This document shows, one piece after another, positions 35,653 to 47,453 of a DNA stretch of 64,000 bases. Origin of the DNA: Marsupella aquatica (Eukaryota > Plantae > Marchantiophyta); contig OZ316897.1 of NCBI GenBank assembly GCA_973895155.1, forward strand, positions 21,303,455 through 21,367,454, in the 5' to 3' direction. Positions within the stretch are counted from its first letter, which is position 1; every line of letters begins with the position of its first letter. The notes beneath the pieces were generated by a model. That model was not told the origin of the DNA, ran no database searches, and saw nothing but the letters and a program-made list of their open reading frames with translations. The position numbers were made by a program, and so were the translations under genes.

Positions 35653-37220
35653 TCTAGCTATGAAGAAGCTATGGCCTCTCCAGAGAAGGATAAGTGGTTG
35701 GAGGCGATGTTGAAGGAGATGAATTCTTTGAAGAAGAATTCAACTTGGCGCTTAACTGACATGCCTTGCGGGAAAACACTAGTTCCGTGTAGATGGTTGT
35801 ACAAGAGGAAGTAGGATGGCACTTACAAGGCACGCCTTGTGGCCAAAGGGTACACCCAGAAGGAGGGCTTGGACTACAAGGAGATTTTCTCACCAGTTGT
35901 CAAACTCGCTACTATCCGTGTCTTACTTGCGATTGTGGTATTCTATGATCTTGAGTTAGATCAGATGGATGTAATTACTGCTTTCCTGCATGGATTGCTT
36001 GATGTGGAGATTTATATGACTCAGCCTCCAGGTTTTATTGATGAGAAGACCAGACACTTGGTGTGTAAGCTCTTGCACTCGTTATACGGATTGAAGCAGA
36101 GTCCCAGACAGTGGAATAAGCGTTTTGATTCCTTCATGTTATCCCAGGGGTTCACACGAAGTGAACATGATTGTTATATTTACATGAAGGAGGTGGAGAA
36201 TTACTCACGTTTTGGTTACATTGTGCTGGCATTGTACGTGGATGACATGCTGATCCTGGCTGAGAATAAGTTTGATGTTGCCCATCTGAAAGCAATGCTG
36301 AGTAAGGAGTTTTCAATGAAGGACTTGGGTCAGGCCAAGAAGATACTAGGGATGGAGATTCATCGTGACAGGGAGCAAAGGCAATTATGGTTGTCTCAGA
36401 GGCATTATTGGAGAAGGTACTTGCCAAGTATGGAATGGAGAATGCAAAACCAGTTGGTACTCCATTGGCCTCCCACTTTAAACTCTCAAAGAATGATTGC
36501 CCTTCTAGTGAGAGTGATAGACTGGCGATGAAACATGTTCCCTATGATAGTGTTGTGGGTAGTTTGATGTATGCAATGACATGCACTAGACCTGACATTG
36601 CCCACGCTGTTAGCATTTTGAGCAGATTTATGGCAAATCCTGGTAAGCTTCACTGGGAAGCAGTGAAGTGGGTTTTGCGGTATCTGAAAGGTACCTTAGA
36701 TTGTGGGATCTTATTTGACGGTAAAGCAGACTCTATATTAGAGTTGGAAGGTTTTGTAGATTCAGATTATGCTGGTAACTTGGATAACAGGAAGTCTACT
36801 ATAGGCTATGTGGTTATGCTGGGTGGAGGTTGTATCAACTGGAAGTCGACAACTCAATCTTGTGTTGCGTTGTCTACTACTGAGGCTGAGTACATTGCTG
36901 CATGTGAGGCAACCAAGGAGCTGATTTGGCTACGGAGATTGGTGAGTGATCTGGGTCTTTTACCTGAAAGACTGGTGCTACTGTGCGACAGTCAAAGTGC
37001 TTTGCATCTAGCTAAGAACCCTGTGTTCCATGCCAGGACAAAGCACATTGACATTCGTTATCACTTCATCCGTGAGGTGATTGAGACGAAACAAATGTTT
37101 CTGGAGAAGGTGGCTTCAGAGGAGAATGCAGCAGACATGCTTACCAAAGTTTTACCTACTAGTAGCTTTAGTCATTGTGTGGATATTATTAATGTTAGGG
37201 CCAAACCGGAGACTATGTAG
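35653..37220 (+). pseudogene. copia-B RT-RNase H segment
   Basis: KARLVAKGYTQ, QMDVITAFLHG, LYGLKQSPRQW, LYVDDML, FVDSDYAG, RTKHIDIRYHFIRE, with stops and a frameshift near 36405. Confidence 0.93.
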
Positions 37221-37287
37221 ATATGTTACTTAGTTACGTATTGTATATCACCTGGCTCATTGTGTGAACTGGAGTCAAGGTGGAGAT

Positions 37288-37580
37288 TGTTAGGAATTGA
37301 CTCGAGTTCCCGACTTAGTTTATTTGGCCTTACTAGGGTTAGTTAACCCTAGATTACATTAGGATAAGATTCGCTTTGTTTAGGCCCACTCATCTTGGCC
37401 CCCTTGGGGGGTATAGGCTGGAGGGAGACCACTCTCTCCCTCATTCTTCACATGTACTCTCATTTGCTATGGAGCCTTCAGGAGTTTCTCCACTCGGGGT
37501 GTCTCGTCGGTGTAGCGTCTGATTGAGTGTCTCTCATGTTTCCGCATTGCTGTCTAGTCCGGAGCTGACGGTTTCTTACA
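37288..37580 (+). repeat. 3' LTR of copia-B
   Basis: Preceded by PPT AAGGTGGAGAT and followed by TSD AAATC. Confidence 0.95.
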
Positions 37581-37957
37581 AAATCTAGGTAGTGATGACT
37601 GGATTCTAGATAAACACAGTGACAAACCAAATGAGAAGTGTGACCACCAAACAAGAAGTGAGTTTTTGATTTTGCGAAAAACGGCAAAAAATCACTAAAA
37701 TTAAGATCAAAAACGCTATTTTGAGGATGAATCCAAAATCGCATCCAACATCGGATTTCAAATCGTGATACTGTCGACACAAAAATAAAGAATTGTTACA
37801 TTCCAAAATTCCGAGACACTTCATCTAAAAAAAGGGCAAATTCCAAAATCTAGAAAAACAATGCTTTTTAGGTGATCCTTCTAAAAGCTAAATCCGAGCG
37901 TCAAACAAAACTAGGAAAACACAAGATTTCATTTTTGCAATCAAAATGGCAAACTGA

Positions 37958-40647
37958 AAATGGGATATGGCGTATCCCATTTCGGATTCAACCGTTGAAC
38001 GTGAAAGAAAACCACACCAAATCATTCTCTTGACGCTTCCATTTAACCTTGGGTTTAAAATATTTGAATTTTTAACTGCGGTAAAACTAAAAATTGCAAA
38101 AACTTGACCGCAGACTACAGTCGACCCACACAGTTAGTTAAGTTAACTGGACGATATTTTTGAAAATATTTTAGCCCATAACGCATGATGAATACAAGAC
38201 GGGATCCAAGTATCCACTCTCGTATTCAACCTCAATGATTTCCACCTGCAACTTTGCATCAGGAGATCTTTCGACATGAATACCAATTGAGATCCATGGA
38301 TCCCATTTTTTTTGCAAGTCCAAAAACTCATCGGGAAAACAGGAGGATGAACTAGTATCGCATACCTTGATATTCTAGTTTGAAGACCAATTGGGATCCA
38401 CGACGACTTCCTAACAAACCTACAATTTAAATTTCAGCATTCCTTGAAAAGACAGACTCTCACTTTAAAAAACCCTCGTACGGACCAATCAGGGAATGCC
38501 AATAAGGATCCACGTATCTCATTTTTCTAAACAAGTCCAAAAATAACCCACTCAAAACCAAGGATGAATACCAAATGGGTGTTGAACTAAGACGTCATTC
38601 GCAACGACCATACAACCATGACTTATTCCATGCACACGTAGTCGACACAATCTCTACGTGGTTCACCTCTTCTCCAAGGCTACGTCCACGCAAACACTCA
38701 AGCTTTACTTCAAGAGTAAACGAACATACATGCTCTCCCTCTTCCTCAAGTTGCTCCGTCACAATGAGTAAGCACCACACACCAGCGGCTTACACTAGCC
38801 CTGGTATATTCAAGGTCACACACGACTTATCTAACCTCAGCTAAGACCCTAACTGTGGTTAGCCTAAGTGTCGTAACCTTTGAGTCACAAGACTAAGAGC
38901 AATCCTTAACAATGGGATCCATGGAATCCCATTTGGTATTCGCCTGCCAAAATTTACCCTTGCCGCACCTTGCACCTTGATATTGAGGTTTGAATACCAA
39001 CACGGATCCACGGATCCCATTTGGTATTCACCCGCCAAAATTTGCAATTGCCACACCTCGCACCTCAATATTGAGGTTTGAATACCGACACGGATCCATA
39101 CCGACACGGCTCCATGAGTCCCATTTGTTGATTCAACTCCAAAACAATTTTGGATTTTTCCTTGCTCAGCATAATTCCAATTACATCCATTTTTTACTCT
39201 TTCAAAATATGTAGGACCAATCAACAGACCTACCTAAAGTGGGTTTGTGGATCCCACCTCAGATTCAAAGTCCCGAATTGGCCCTCGGTTACAAGTCACT
39301 CATCCATTTTCACATTTGAATACGAAATTGGATTTCATTTGGTCTTTGTAAAATTCTTATCACTCTTTGTAAAGTTCTTGATTTGTAAAATAACATGTTC
39401 TTATACCAAATGGGATAAAACAACATGTTCTTATACCAAATGTGGGATCCATGGATCCCACTCGGTATTCATACAAGGTTTTATGACTTTTTCCTTTCTA
39501 GATTTGTGAAATAACATGTTTGAATATTACATGGGATACTTGGTATCCCACTTGGTATTCCTCTTGAAGTTTTGATCATTTGTGATCTTTTTACAAATGC
39601 AATCTGATTTTTTTGCGAGATTTTGCCTGATCTCAGATTTTTGCTTTTTCTATTTTTGCGGCGCCGAGTAAAGCAGCCAAAAAATCTCAAGCTCTTCTTT
39701 CTAACGGTATCAATTATAAGGAATTTGGATAAATACCGATAAAGATATGGCTTCCAAAGCGTGAGAGGGTACAAACTTAAGTTTTTGTAATTTTATAATT
39801 TCACCCCACAACTTAACCTGATCATATCTTAGTCAATCTTGCATTTTGCACCTAAATGCTTCATATTCAGAGGTTGAATGCAAAGTGGGATACCTCGTAT
39901 CCCACTTCGCATCGGATAACCTCATTTTTTCACGTTTATGATATCCAAACTGGATTTTTGAAGATTGAATCCCAAATGGGATACGCCATATTTGGACCGC
40001 CATTAGACTCACAAGAGAAAATGTTGTTTTCCCAGGAAAACTAAAGCTTGAGTCGGTGTCTATCACTGAACGACAACAAGAGCTTCAGTGCGTGTTTAGT
40101 CAAACTGCGTCTGCAAAACAATCAGCAATCCATAAGACTTTTCCCATCATTCCAAGAAAACTCTAGGTAGATACCACATGGGATACCCCATATCCCACTT
40201 CGCATCCAACCTCCTTTTTTAGCTAAAGAGAAACAAAAATTGGACATTTGAAGGGTGAATCCCAAACGGGATACGCCGTATCCCATTTGGGATTCGTCCT
40301 CGCCATTTCCATAAAGATTCTCACCTGTTAGTCAAATCTGATTTTCAGGGAATACGAATTTGTATAGACGGTGTGTATTTGTCGAGAGGAAGAGGATACG
40401 GAGCGAGAAAAAATGAGCGGAAATTTTCAAGCGGGGATCTCCTATTTATAGTTTTCTCCCTGATCATGGTTAGTTCTTGACTACAGTTGCATCGCAATCG
40501 GTTAAATATTACTGTTGATAAGAATTGTTTGGGAATATTCTTAACGGGTAAACCAATATCGGCACTTTTACTGCGTTTGTTTTATTTTTTTTGGAATTTT
40601 GCGGTTGGATCCGAAATGGGATACGCTGTATCCCATCTTCGTATTCG
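37958..40647. repeat. Dispersed ~40-bp palindromes (consensus ~GAATACCAAATGGGATAC-nnn-GTATCCCATTTGGTATTC)
   Basis: About 15-17 variably decayed copies, e.g. near 37958, 38190, 38278, 38991, 39435, 39521, 39876, 40170, 40256 and 40607. Confidence 0.8.
38580..38911. mobile_element. Solo LTR (332 bp)
   Basis: TGTTGA...TTAACA flanked by a perfect TSD ATGGG; it splits one palindrome copy in two. Confidence 0.85.
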
Positions 40648-40755
40648 TGTCGATTTTTCCCATTTTTTAAAATCTAAAAACTAGTTTTTAGGAGGAATAC
40701 TAATTCCGTATCCAAGATATTTTTGATTCTCGTTTGGTCCGTCACTATGTTGATA

Positions 40756-42243
40756 ATGCATGTACCTTTCACATTTGCTCTAGGAGAGATTTTTCAATCC
40801 TTACACGGTTTCCAACGGTTCAATGTTGATGGGAAATGGAATCCCAGGTCAAATAGTTGGACTTGGATCTGCTAGATTTCGGATGTTTGATGGTGTTGTG
40901 AGAACGTTGAGGAATGTGAGACATATTCCCAACATGATGAAAAATCTCATTTCACTTGGAGTTTTAGAAGCAAATGGCCATCGGTGGAGTTCTGCTAATG
41001 GTGTCCTTTAGGTTTCAACAGGTACTAAAGTTGTATTGAAGGGAAAGAGACATAAAAATCTATACATTTTGGAGGGCAATGTAGTCTGTGATGAAGCCAA
41101 TGTAACCTTATCTCATGAGGAAACGGCCCGGTTGTGGCACTTTCGACTAGGTCACATGAGTGAAAAAGGTTTGGCTATTCTTCAGAAAAAAGGATTACTT
41201 TATAATTTGCAATCTTGTAAGTTGGAATTTGTGTGCTTGGGAAGCAGCACAGGAAACCCTTCGGAGTTGGAACTCACACCAGCAAGGAGGTACTTGAGTA
41301 TGTACATAGTGATGTGTGGGGTCCAGCCCCAACTCCCTCACATTTTGGATGGTTATACTATGTCACGTTCATAGACGAAATCTTACTCAAGGTATGTGTG
41401 GATATACTTTCCACATAGTAAGTTTGATCAATGTTTTTGCCACTTTTAAGGAGTGGAAAGCCCAAGTTGAGATTCAGATTGGTAAAAAGGTGAGATATCT
41501 ATGATCAGATAACGGCGGTGAATACAGTTCCTGGGATTTGGAACGTATTGTAAGGAGCAAAGGATTACCCACCATCTCACAACAAGTTATACTCCACAGC
41601 AAAATGGTGTTTCTGAGAGACTCAACCGAATGCTATTGGAACGCTCGAGGAGTATGTTGAGTCAATCATGCTTACCACATGAGTTTTGGGCTAAAACTAT
41701 CAACACTGCAACTTATTTAGTAAATTTTTCTCCATCCAGTTCTATTGGATTCAAGACGCCATTTGAAATGAGGTACGGGTGTCCAGCAGATTACTCACAT
41801 CTGAGGATTTTTGGATGTGATGCTTATGTACTTACACCTTCCTAGCTTTGATCCAAGCTGGAGTCCAAATTGAAGAAGTGCATTTTCCTTGGCTATCAGA
41901 AAGGTGTGAAGGGTTATAGGTTATGGGATCCAGTAACATGTAAAGTAATTGTCAGTAGAGATGTGTCATTTAATGAATCCAGATCATCAAAGGAGGGGGA
42001 GAGTTCTCAGGCCAAGGGGAAATCTCTCATCCCGGACCGGGTTGATGGGGAGATTAGTCATGATGTTGTTCATGATAGGAGAGATGGAGAAGCTCCGGAC
42101 TTGGAGCCAGTTCCTTTGATGGAACAAGAAGAGCAGATTGTTGCTGGGGTACCTCAAATTCAACCAGCAGCAGCAGTGAGATCAGTCTGAGTCATCTACT
42201 AGAAGAACTTCTAGTCATTCTACTATAGCTCCTACCAGGTATG
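40756..42243 (+). pseudogene. copia-A protease-integrase remnant
   Basis: VRTLRNVRHIP...NLISLG, LWHFRLGHMSEKG, HSDVWGP, DNGGEY, QQNGVSER, KCIFLGY, with many stops and frameshifts. Confidence 0.9.
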
Positions 42244-42594
42244 CACTAGTGGAAAATAGTGTCCTTAATGACTAGAATGAGGACTGAAAAACGAGTCATA
42301 TGTACCAATATATGACTAGAGCTTTTCTATCATACCTGCCTCATCTTTTAGGACAGTCAATTAAGACAAATGACTAAAACTCTCACCAGTCATTTATGAT
42401 AGTCCTAAATGACACAATATTTCTGAAATGACATGTTGTCCTAAATGACTGAATGAACGGCCGTCAGTCATTTAGGCATGTCTTTAATGACACATATTTA
42501 AACAAATCATATTACAACACGTGGCAACTACGCACGGTTGTCATTATATGTCATTTCAGACATGTCATAAATGACACAATAATAAATCATTTAA

Positions 42595-42921
42595 GGTGTC
42601 ATTTAGTGTGTCATTGAAGGTGTCGTACATGGTGTCATTAAAAATGTCATACAAGGTGTCATACAAGGTGTCATTGAGAGTGTCATATAAGGTGTCATTG
42701 AGAGTCATTGAGGGTGTCATACAAGGTGTCATTGAGGGTATCATACATAGTATCATACAGGGTGTCATATAGGATGTCATACAGGGTGTCATTGAGGGTG
42801 TCATACAAGGTGTCATTGAGGGTGTCATTGAGGGTGTCATACATGGTGTCATTGAGGGTGTCATACATGGTGTCATTGAGGTTGTCATATATGGTGTCAT
42901 TGAGGGTGTCATATAGGGTGT
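42595..42921. repeat. 12-bp tandem subterminal repeat (GTGTCATACAAG / GTGTCATTGAGG)
   Basis: About 27 units visible directly; explains the repetitive ORFs at 42565-43063. Confidence 0.9.
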
Positions 42922-43028
42922 TTTTAAGTAATGTCATTTGGAATGTATCTAAGAAGAGCTCATAGTTATATTCAAAATCACATACAATGAATTCACTTAA
43001 AACCCTAAACAAAGACATCACTTTGTGC

Positions 43029-43172
43029 ATCATCATTGTATTCAGAAATTCACACTCCAACATTCACAAGCTCTAATATAGAATAATTGAAAAAACAGAA
43101 ATCATCATTGTATTCAGAAATTCACATTCCAACATTCACAAGCTCTAATATAGAACAATTGAAAAAACAGAA
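43029..43172. repeat. 72-bp tandem duplication
   Basis: ATCATCATTGTATTCAGAAATTCACA... starts at both 43029 and 43101. Confidence 0.9.
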
Positions 43173-43280
43173 GTCTTTATGATGAAGTGATAGAAAGTAC
43201 ACATTTTTCACTCGCATGAGTGAAACAATGGTAACCAAAATATTCAAAAATTCTCTGTTCTACATGATCAGAGAAAATAT

Positions 43281-44204
43281 TCAACACTTCCGAAGAAACC
43301 TAGCATTCCACAATGTATTCATTCCTAACACATTCCGTAAACAGAGTTGTTTCTCTTCTTTGTTGGGCATTGGCAATGTTGCATCACCACAATACACTGC
43401 CTTAACTGATACTCGCACCCAAGGACTCTCAATCATGACACAATGAAATTTATCCTCTCCTGGTAACCCTGTCACTTCACCTCTAGCAACAACTGTAGAG
43501 CGATCCACAACGCTTCGTACTTCTACAGCATCTCCTTTTGAAAACTGCCACACAAAATTGTTAGGACAAAATACTGTCTTGTAGTACTGATTTGAGCATA
43601 TCATCAATTTAAGAACATAAGCCAACTGAAAACAAATTCACCTTTGCTGCTGGATTTGGGGAGAGAATTGGTCCTCGTTCACTAGGTGAGATAGTGATAG
43701 GGGTTGATTTCTTGAATCTCTTTGAAGGCCTAGGTGGTGTAGCCTCTAGTTCCTAAATTGCATTTGACACTATCTATTCATCTGTGACAGCAATCTCATC
43801 ACTCTCACCATTACCAATGCTGCTTTGTACAACGCAAGGTTCCTGCAGTGCTCCCAAATTTGCTTCTCCCATACTTGGCTTTGGCTTCTACCTTGTTAAA
43901 GTATCTGATTTCTCTCGTTGTGATACAGGATTCTCCCCTGAAGAAGCTACCACAAAACCAAACAATGAATGCTTAGAAAACTTCATTCTAAATTGAAAAA
44001 TAAACTATTGCATATGTAATATATTTAGAGTATAAGTTTGTATGTTCTTACCATCACCATCACCTGAGAAAGTAAGAGAACGTTTCCTGCTACTACCTTT
44101 AGGCTCAACCACCACCTTAGTAGCAATTGCATTTGATAATTGCATATGAAACTGATTCTGTTGATTTTGTGCAATGAAAGAGGTCATCATAGATGTCAAA
44201 TTGT
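43281..44204 (-). pseudogene. 3' exons of CACTA TnpA-like gene
   Basis: Last exon VVARGEV...FHCVMI...VRVSV...LPMP...LG...LW resembles the Tnp1/En/Spm C-terminal domain. NLTSMMTSFIAQ continues KLEFKVDNL from 57788 across the MULE. Confidence 0.7.
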
Positions 44205-44320
44205 GAGGAATTGTACGGTGCGAGGAAACAGGAGATTTTGCTAGCGAGGCAACATTGTTAGCGAAGCATTCTGGCGGATACATTTATCTCACATTCCATG
44301 AAAATAATGCCCAAACAGTA

Positions 44321-46757
44321 TGTGACGCCAATGACATGGTCCTTATTTTGTAACCTGATTAAGTAGGTTGCTGTATGCAAGGAGTAGCTATTGATATTGC
44401 ATAACAATTAGCAAGATGGCAAGAATAAGGGCAATCATGGCGTTAAGAGTAGGGAAATAAAAGCTATGTCGCGGGTGGTCGACGACCATATCTCTTTCAA
44501 TATGTCACCAAATCCGGATCTGTAAAGAGCATTGGAAAGATCTGGTCAAGGCGAGTAAAATCGATATAAAACACTCGAGAAACGGAGGTGTATTAAGAAA
44601 GATACGGCCTGATTAGTGTGACGGGTTAACTTGTGGCCGAAATTAGCGAATTCGGCTTCAGTTTCGGGTTAACCCAAGCTCGACCACGGCTTAGCTTATG
44701 TGAGCACGGCTTCAGCTTAGCTCAGGTCAGCACGGCTTCAGCTTAGCTTAGGTAAACACGGTTTCAGCTTAGCTTAGGTAAGCACGGCTCCAGCTTAGCT
44801 CAGGTCAGCACGGCTTCAGCTTAGCTCAGGTCAGCGCGGCCTCAGGTTAGCATAGGTAAGCTCGGGTTCGGGCTAAGCTTAGGCTAGGTTAGCGGACAGC
44901 GGATAGCGGATAGCGGGTAGCGGCCTAACCCGAGACCACGGGTTAGCTCTACTCGGGTTAGATAGGATAGCTAGGTTAGCCGAACTCGGGTTAGCTATGT
45001 AACTCGGGTTAGCGCAGCAGTGAGTACCCCCTCTCGGTTGCGGGGGCATAACTCTCTGTGTATTTGACCAAATCGGCTATAATTGACCTCGTTGGAAAGA
45101 GGAGCTCAAGCCGCTTCCAACGTTGCTATCCACGCAGAAAATGGTTGAATAGAGAAATCGGGAGAGGAGGCGCAAGCTCGCAAAAACCATGGAGGAGGGC
45201 CAAATCCGAAGTACATAGCCAATTCGAGATAGAAATAAAGTTGCGAGTTAGGGTTCAGTAGTTAGAGATAGTGGCGGCTCTGTTAGGGCTGGGATGGGGC
45301 TCCAGCAGCGTAGTATCCACCCATTTGGGCTCAATATGAGAGTATATAGAGCAGCCCCCCGGTAGAGGCAAGGGGGGGGACTTCAGTTGTGTGATCTCAC
45401 TTAGACTGAGCAGCAGGGAGGAGCTCTGTGCAAGCAAGGCTGGACTTGGACGCTGCGTGTTGGGGAGAGCTTGGTTGTGCTATTACTCAAGGAGTAATCA
45501 GCCAAGCTTCACAGCAACGGGTTGCTAGGTTTGCGAGCTGGATTGTGGCTCTTTCTAGTGGGCAGCACAACTGGGTTCTTTTCCCCCGATATAGAGCCTT
45601 GGTGATAGGTGATGTATTGGTGATTGTAAACTGTGGGGAGGATTTCAATTCGATTTGCGGTGGGCACATTAGGGAGGCTGAGATACTGATTAAGGGGCAG
45701 CAGGAGGAGCATTTACAGTTCAGTCTGGCAAGGCTACGTGATCCATGGGGAGTCCCGACCTTTGTCTGGTGGAGAGCACTAAGGGATCTATGGCCAGAGC
45801 TAAGCTTGCAGGGCAAGCGTGAGGCCGGGCCTCATTGCAGTCTGGGGTAGATCGCCGTTAGGCCTGGTACCAGCTTTGAAGTCAAGTCAACTATGCATGC
45901 GTAACTTGACGTTCTGAATTGGAGGTGCGAGATCTGTATGTGCCCCCAAGAATGAAATGCAGTGAAGGAGGTTGAGTTCAGGATTGAGTTTGCAAGGCAA
46001 GTACGGGATTGGTTTGAGTCCAATCTGTCGTCGCAATCTGGAGTGAGCCGGGCTCAGGTTCAGGATTGAGCTTGCATGGCAAGCATGGGGCTTGCGGGGC
46101 AAGCACGTCACAATCTAGAGTAGACAGCCTTCGGGCCTATTGTTCGGATCAAGTGTTCTCAGTGAACTATTGTGCACATCTTTGAATCTAATTGAGTTTT
46201 CCTCTCAGGCCTCATTTCTCTCATGGATGTGTGTGTGTGTGAGGCAATCTGAGTGTATGATGGGACTAGCAGCGCCATTGAGAGGTGTATAGGGTGCATT
46301 GAAGCGGGCTGGGTGAGGACTGTCATAGCTCTGATTGCTGAGAGTGGAATGGCAGAGTGGTGGGGCAATGGCTTAGAAGTCCCTAAGCCAGGAATCAGTC
46401 AGGAGTCACTGGTTTATGGGTATATTCCGGCGGCGGAATAGAAATATACCTATGACAGTAAGCATACGTATAGACCTATGTGCACCGTAGCGCTAGGCCC
46501 TGTGTGTACGGGCCCGATATGAAGACCCCTTATCACCAGAAATATCATGAGCACGGATCTGATTCCCAACCTTGGTTCTTAGGGATTGAGCTTGGGTGAT
46601 GTGTGACGGAGTCTTGTTATGATAGTCTGGTGTTAAGGGCATAAATTGGTGTTTACCGGCCTTCACAGCATCCCTTTGTGATCCTCAGGTACAAGGAGAT
46701 GGTTTTGGCACCCATAGTGACGTCTTTGGTGTTAAGACCCATGTCAATCGCGTGACA
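44321..46757. mobile_element. Probable solo LTR (2437 bp) nested in the MULE
   Basis: Same termini as 14909-18926 (TGTGACG...CGTGACA), flanks CAGTA/CAGTC, and shared motifs CGGTAGAGGCA(A)GGGGGGG and GGAGTCCCGACC. Confidence 0.7.
44703..44858. repeat. 26-bp tandem repeat x6 (AGCACGGCTTCAGCTTAGCTCAGGTC)
   Basis: Seen directly, with decayed copies on both sides. Confidence 0.9.
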
Positions 46758-47453
46758 CAGTCTCAGTTTTCCACCTCTTACAATAATGAAAAGAATATGA
46801 CAATGGAAAATCCTGCATGATTTTCATAAGTATTCCATACTTGAGCCACACACGATTTAATCATCTAAAAAGGATCACCAAAACTAGAAACTCCCATCAA
46901 ATTATGGAACCTCTTTACATTGAAAGTGTGGATCGCCAACAACTTCAAGACAGAAAAACGGTAAGAGTCAACCTCGACCAGTACATCCAGTCCTACTTCC
47001 TCTTACTTGATCAGTCATAAACTTCATCCTCTGATTCATCGGAGATGTCACTACTACTAGGATCGCTACTGGTCTCCCTCTCCGTGGACTCGGCAGACTC
47101 ATCTAAATACTGACGGACTGTCCCCGCCTCATTGTCGATAAACCTTGAACAATCCAGATATCTTCGAGCACCTCTCATGGACCGAAGTCCTTTCGATTCC
47201 CAAGTCAAGATAACAGGATCTTCATCAACCTGCCTCGCCGATGTCTCAGCATAGCACGGAAGAGTAAAAGGCTTCTCAGGAGTAACCACAATGGACTCCT
47301 GGACTTCCCTCCGAAGACGAAATCTCTCCTCAGAAAACTAATCCACCCTCCTATCACTGACGCAACCACCGACATCAGTTGACGAAGAGCAACAAAATAA
47401 AGAAAACAAAAGAAACCAAATAGGGAGTCCGACATCAGAAGAGGCCAAGTACT

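Larger units (their letters stand above)
11700..37580 (+). mobile_element. Ty1/copia LTR retrotransposon (copia-B), ~6.3 kb net, with two nested insertions
   Basis: 293-bp TG..CA LTRs at 11700-11992 and 37288-37580, TSD AAATC on both sides, tRNA-iMet PBS, PPT, and domain order gag-PR-IN-RT-RH. Confidence 0.95.
37613..40751. mobile_element. Non-autonomous TIR DNA element, 4-bp TSD (GATA), superfamily unassigned
   Basis: Left end AACACAGTGACAAACCAAATGAGAA versus reverse complement of right end AACATAGTGACGGACCAAACGAGAA. GATA on both sides. Removing it restores the copia protease W-I-L-D-N-A-C-T-F-H-I-C. Confidence 0.85.

Noticed and set aside
37615-37628. CACAGTG-ACAAACC resembles a RAG recombination signal or Transib end
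   Set aside because: There is no 12/23-nt spacer, the other end reads CATAGTG, the termini extend 2 nt further out, and the TSD is 4 bp rather than the 5 bp of Transib.
37958-40647. Palindromic repeats with unique spacers as a CRISPR array
   Set aside because: Spacing is irregular, the repeats are divergent, there are no cas genes, and the context is a eukaryotic transposon.
42565-43063. Repetitive ORFs (MTPS..., TLYD...)
   Set aside because: They are translations of the 12-bp CACTA subterminal tandem repeat.
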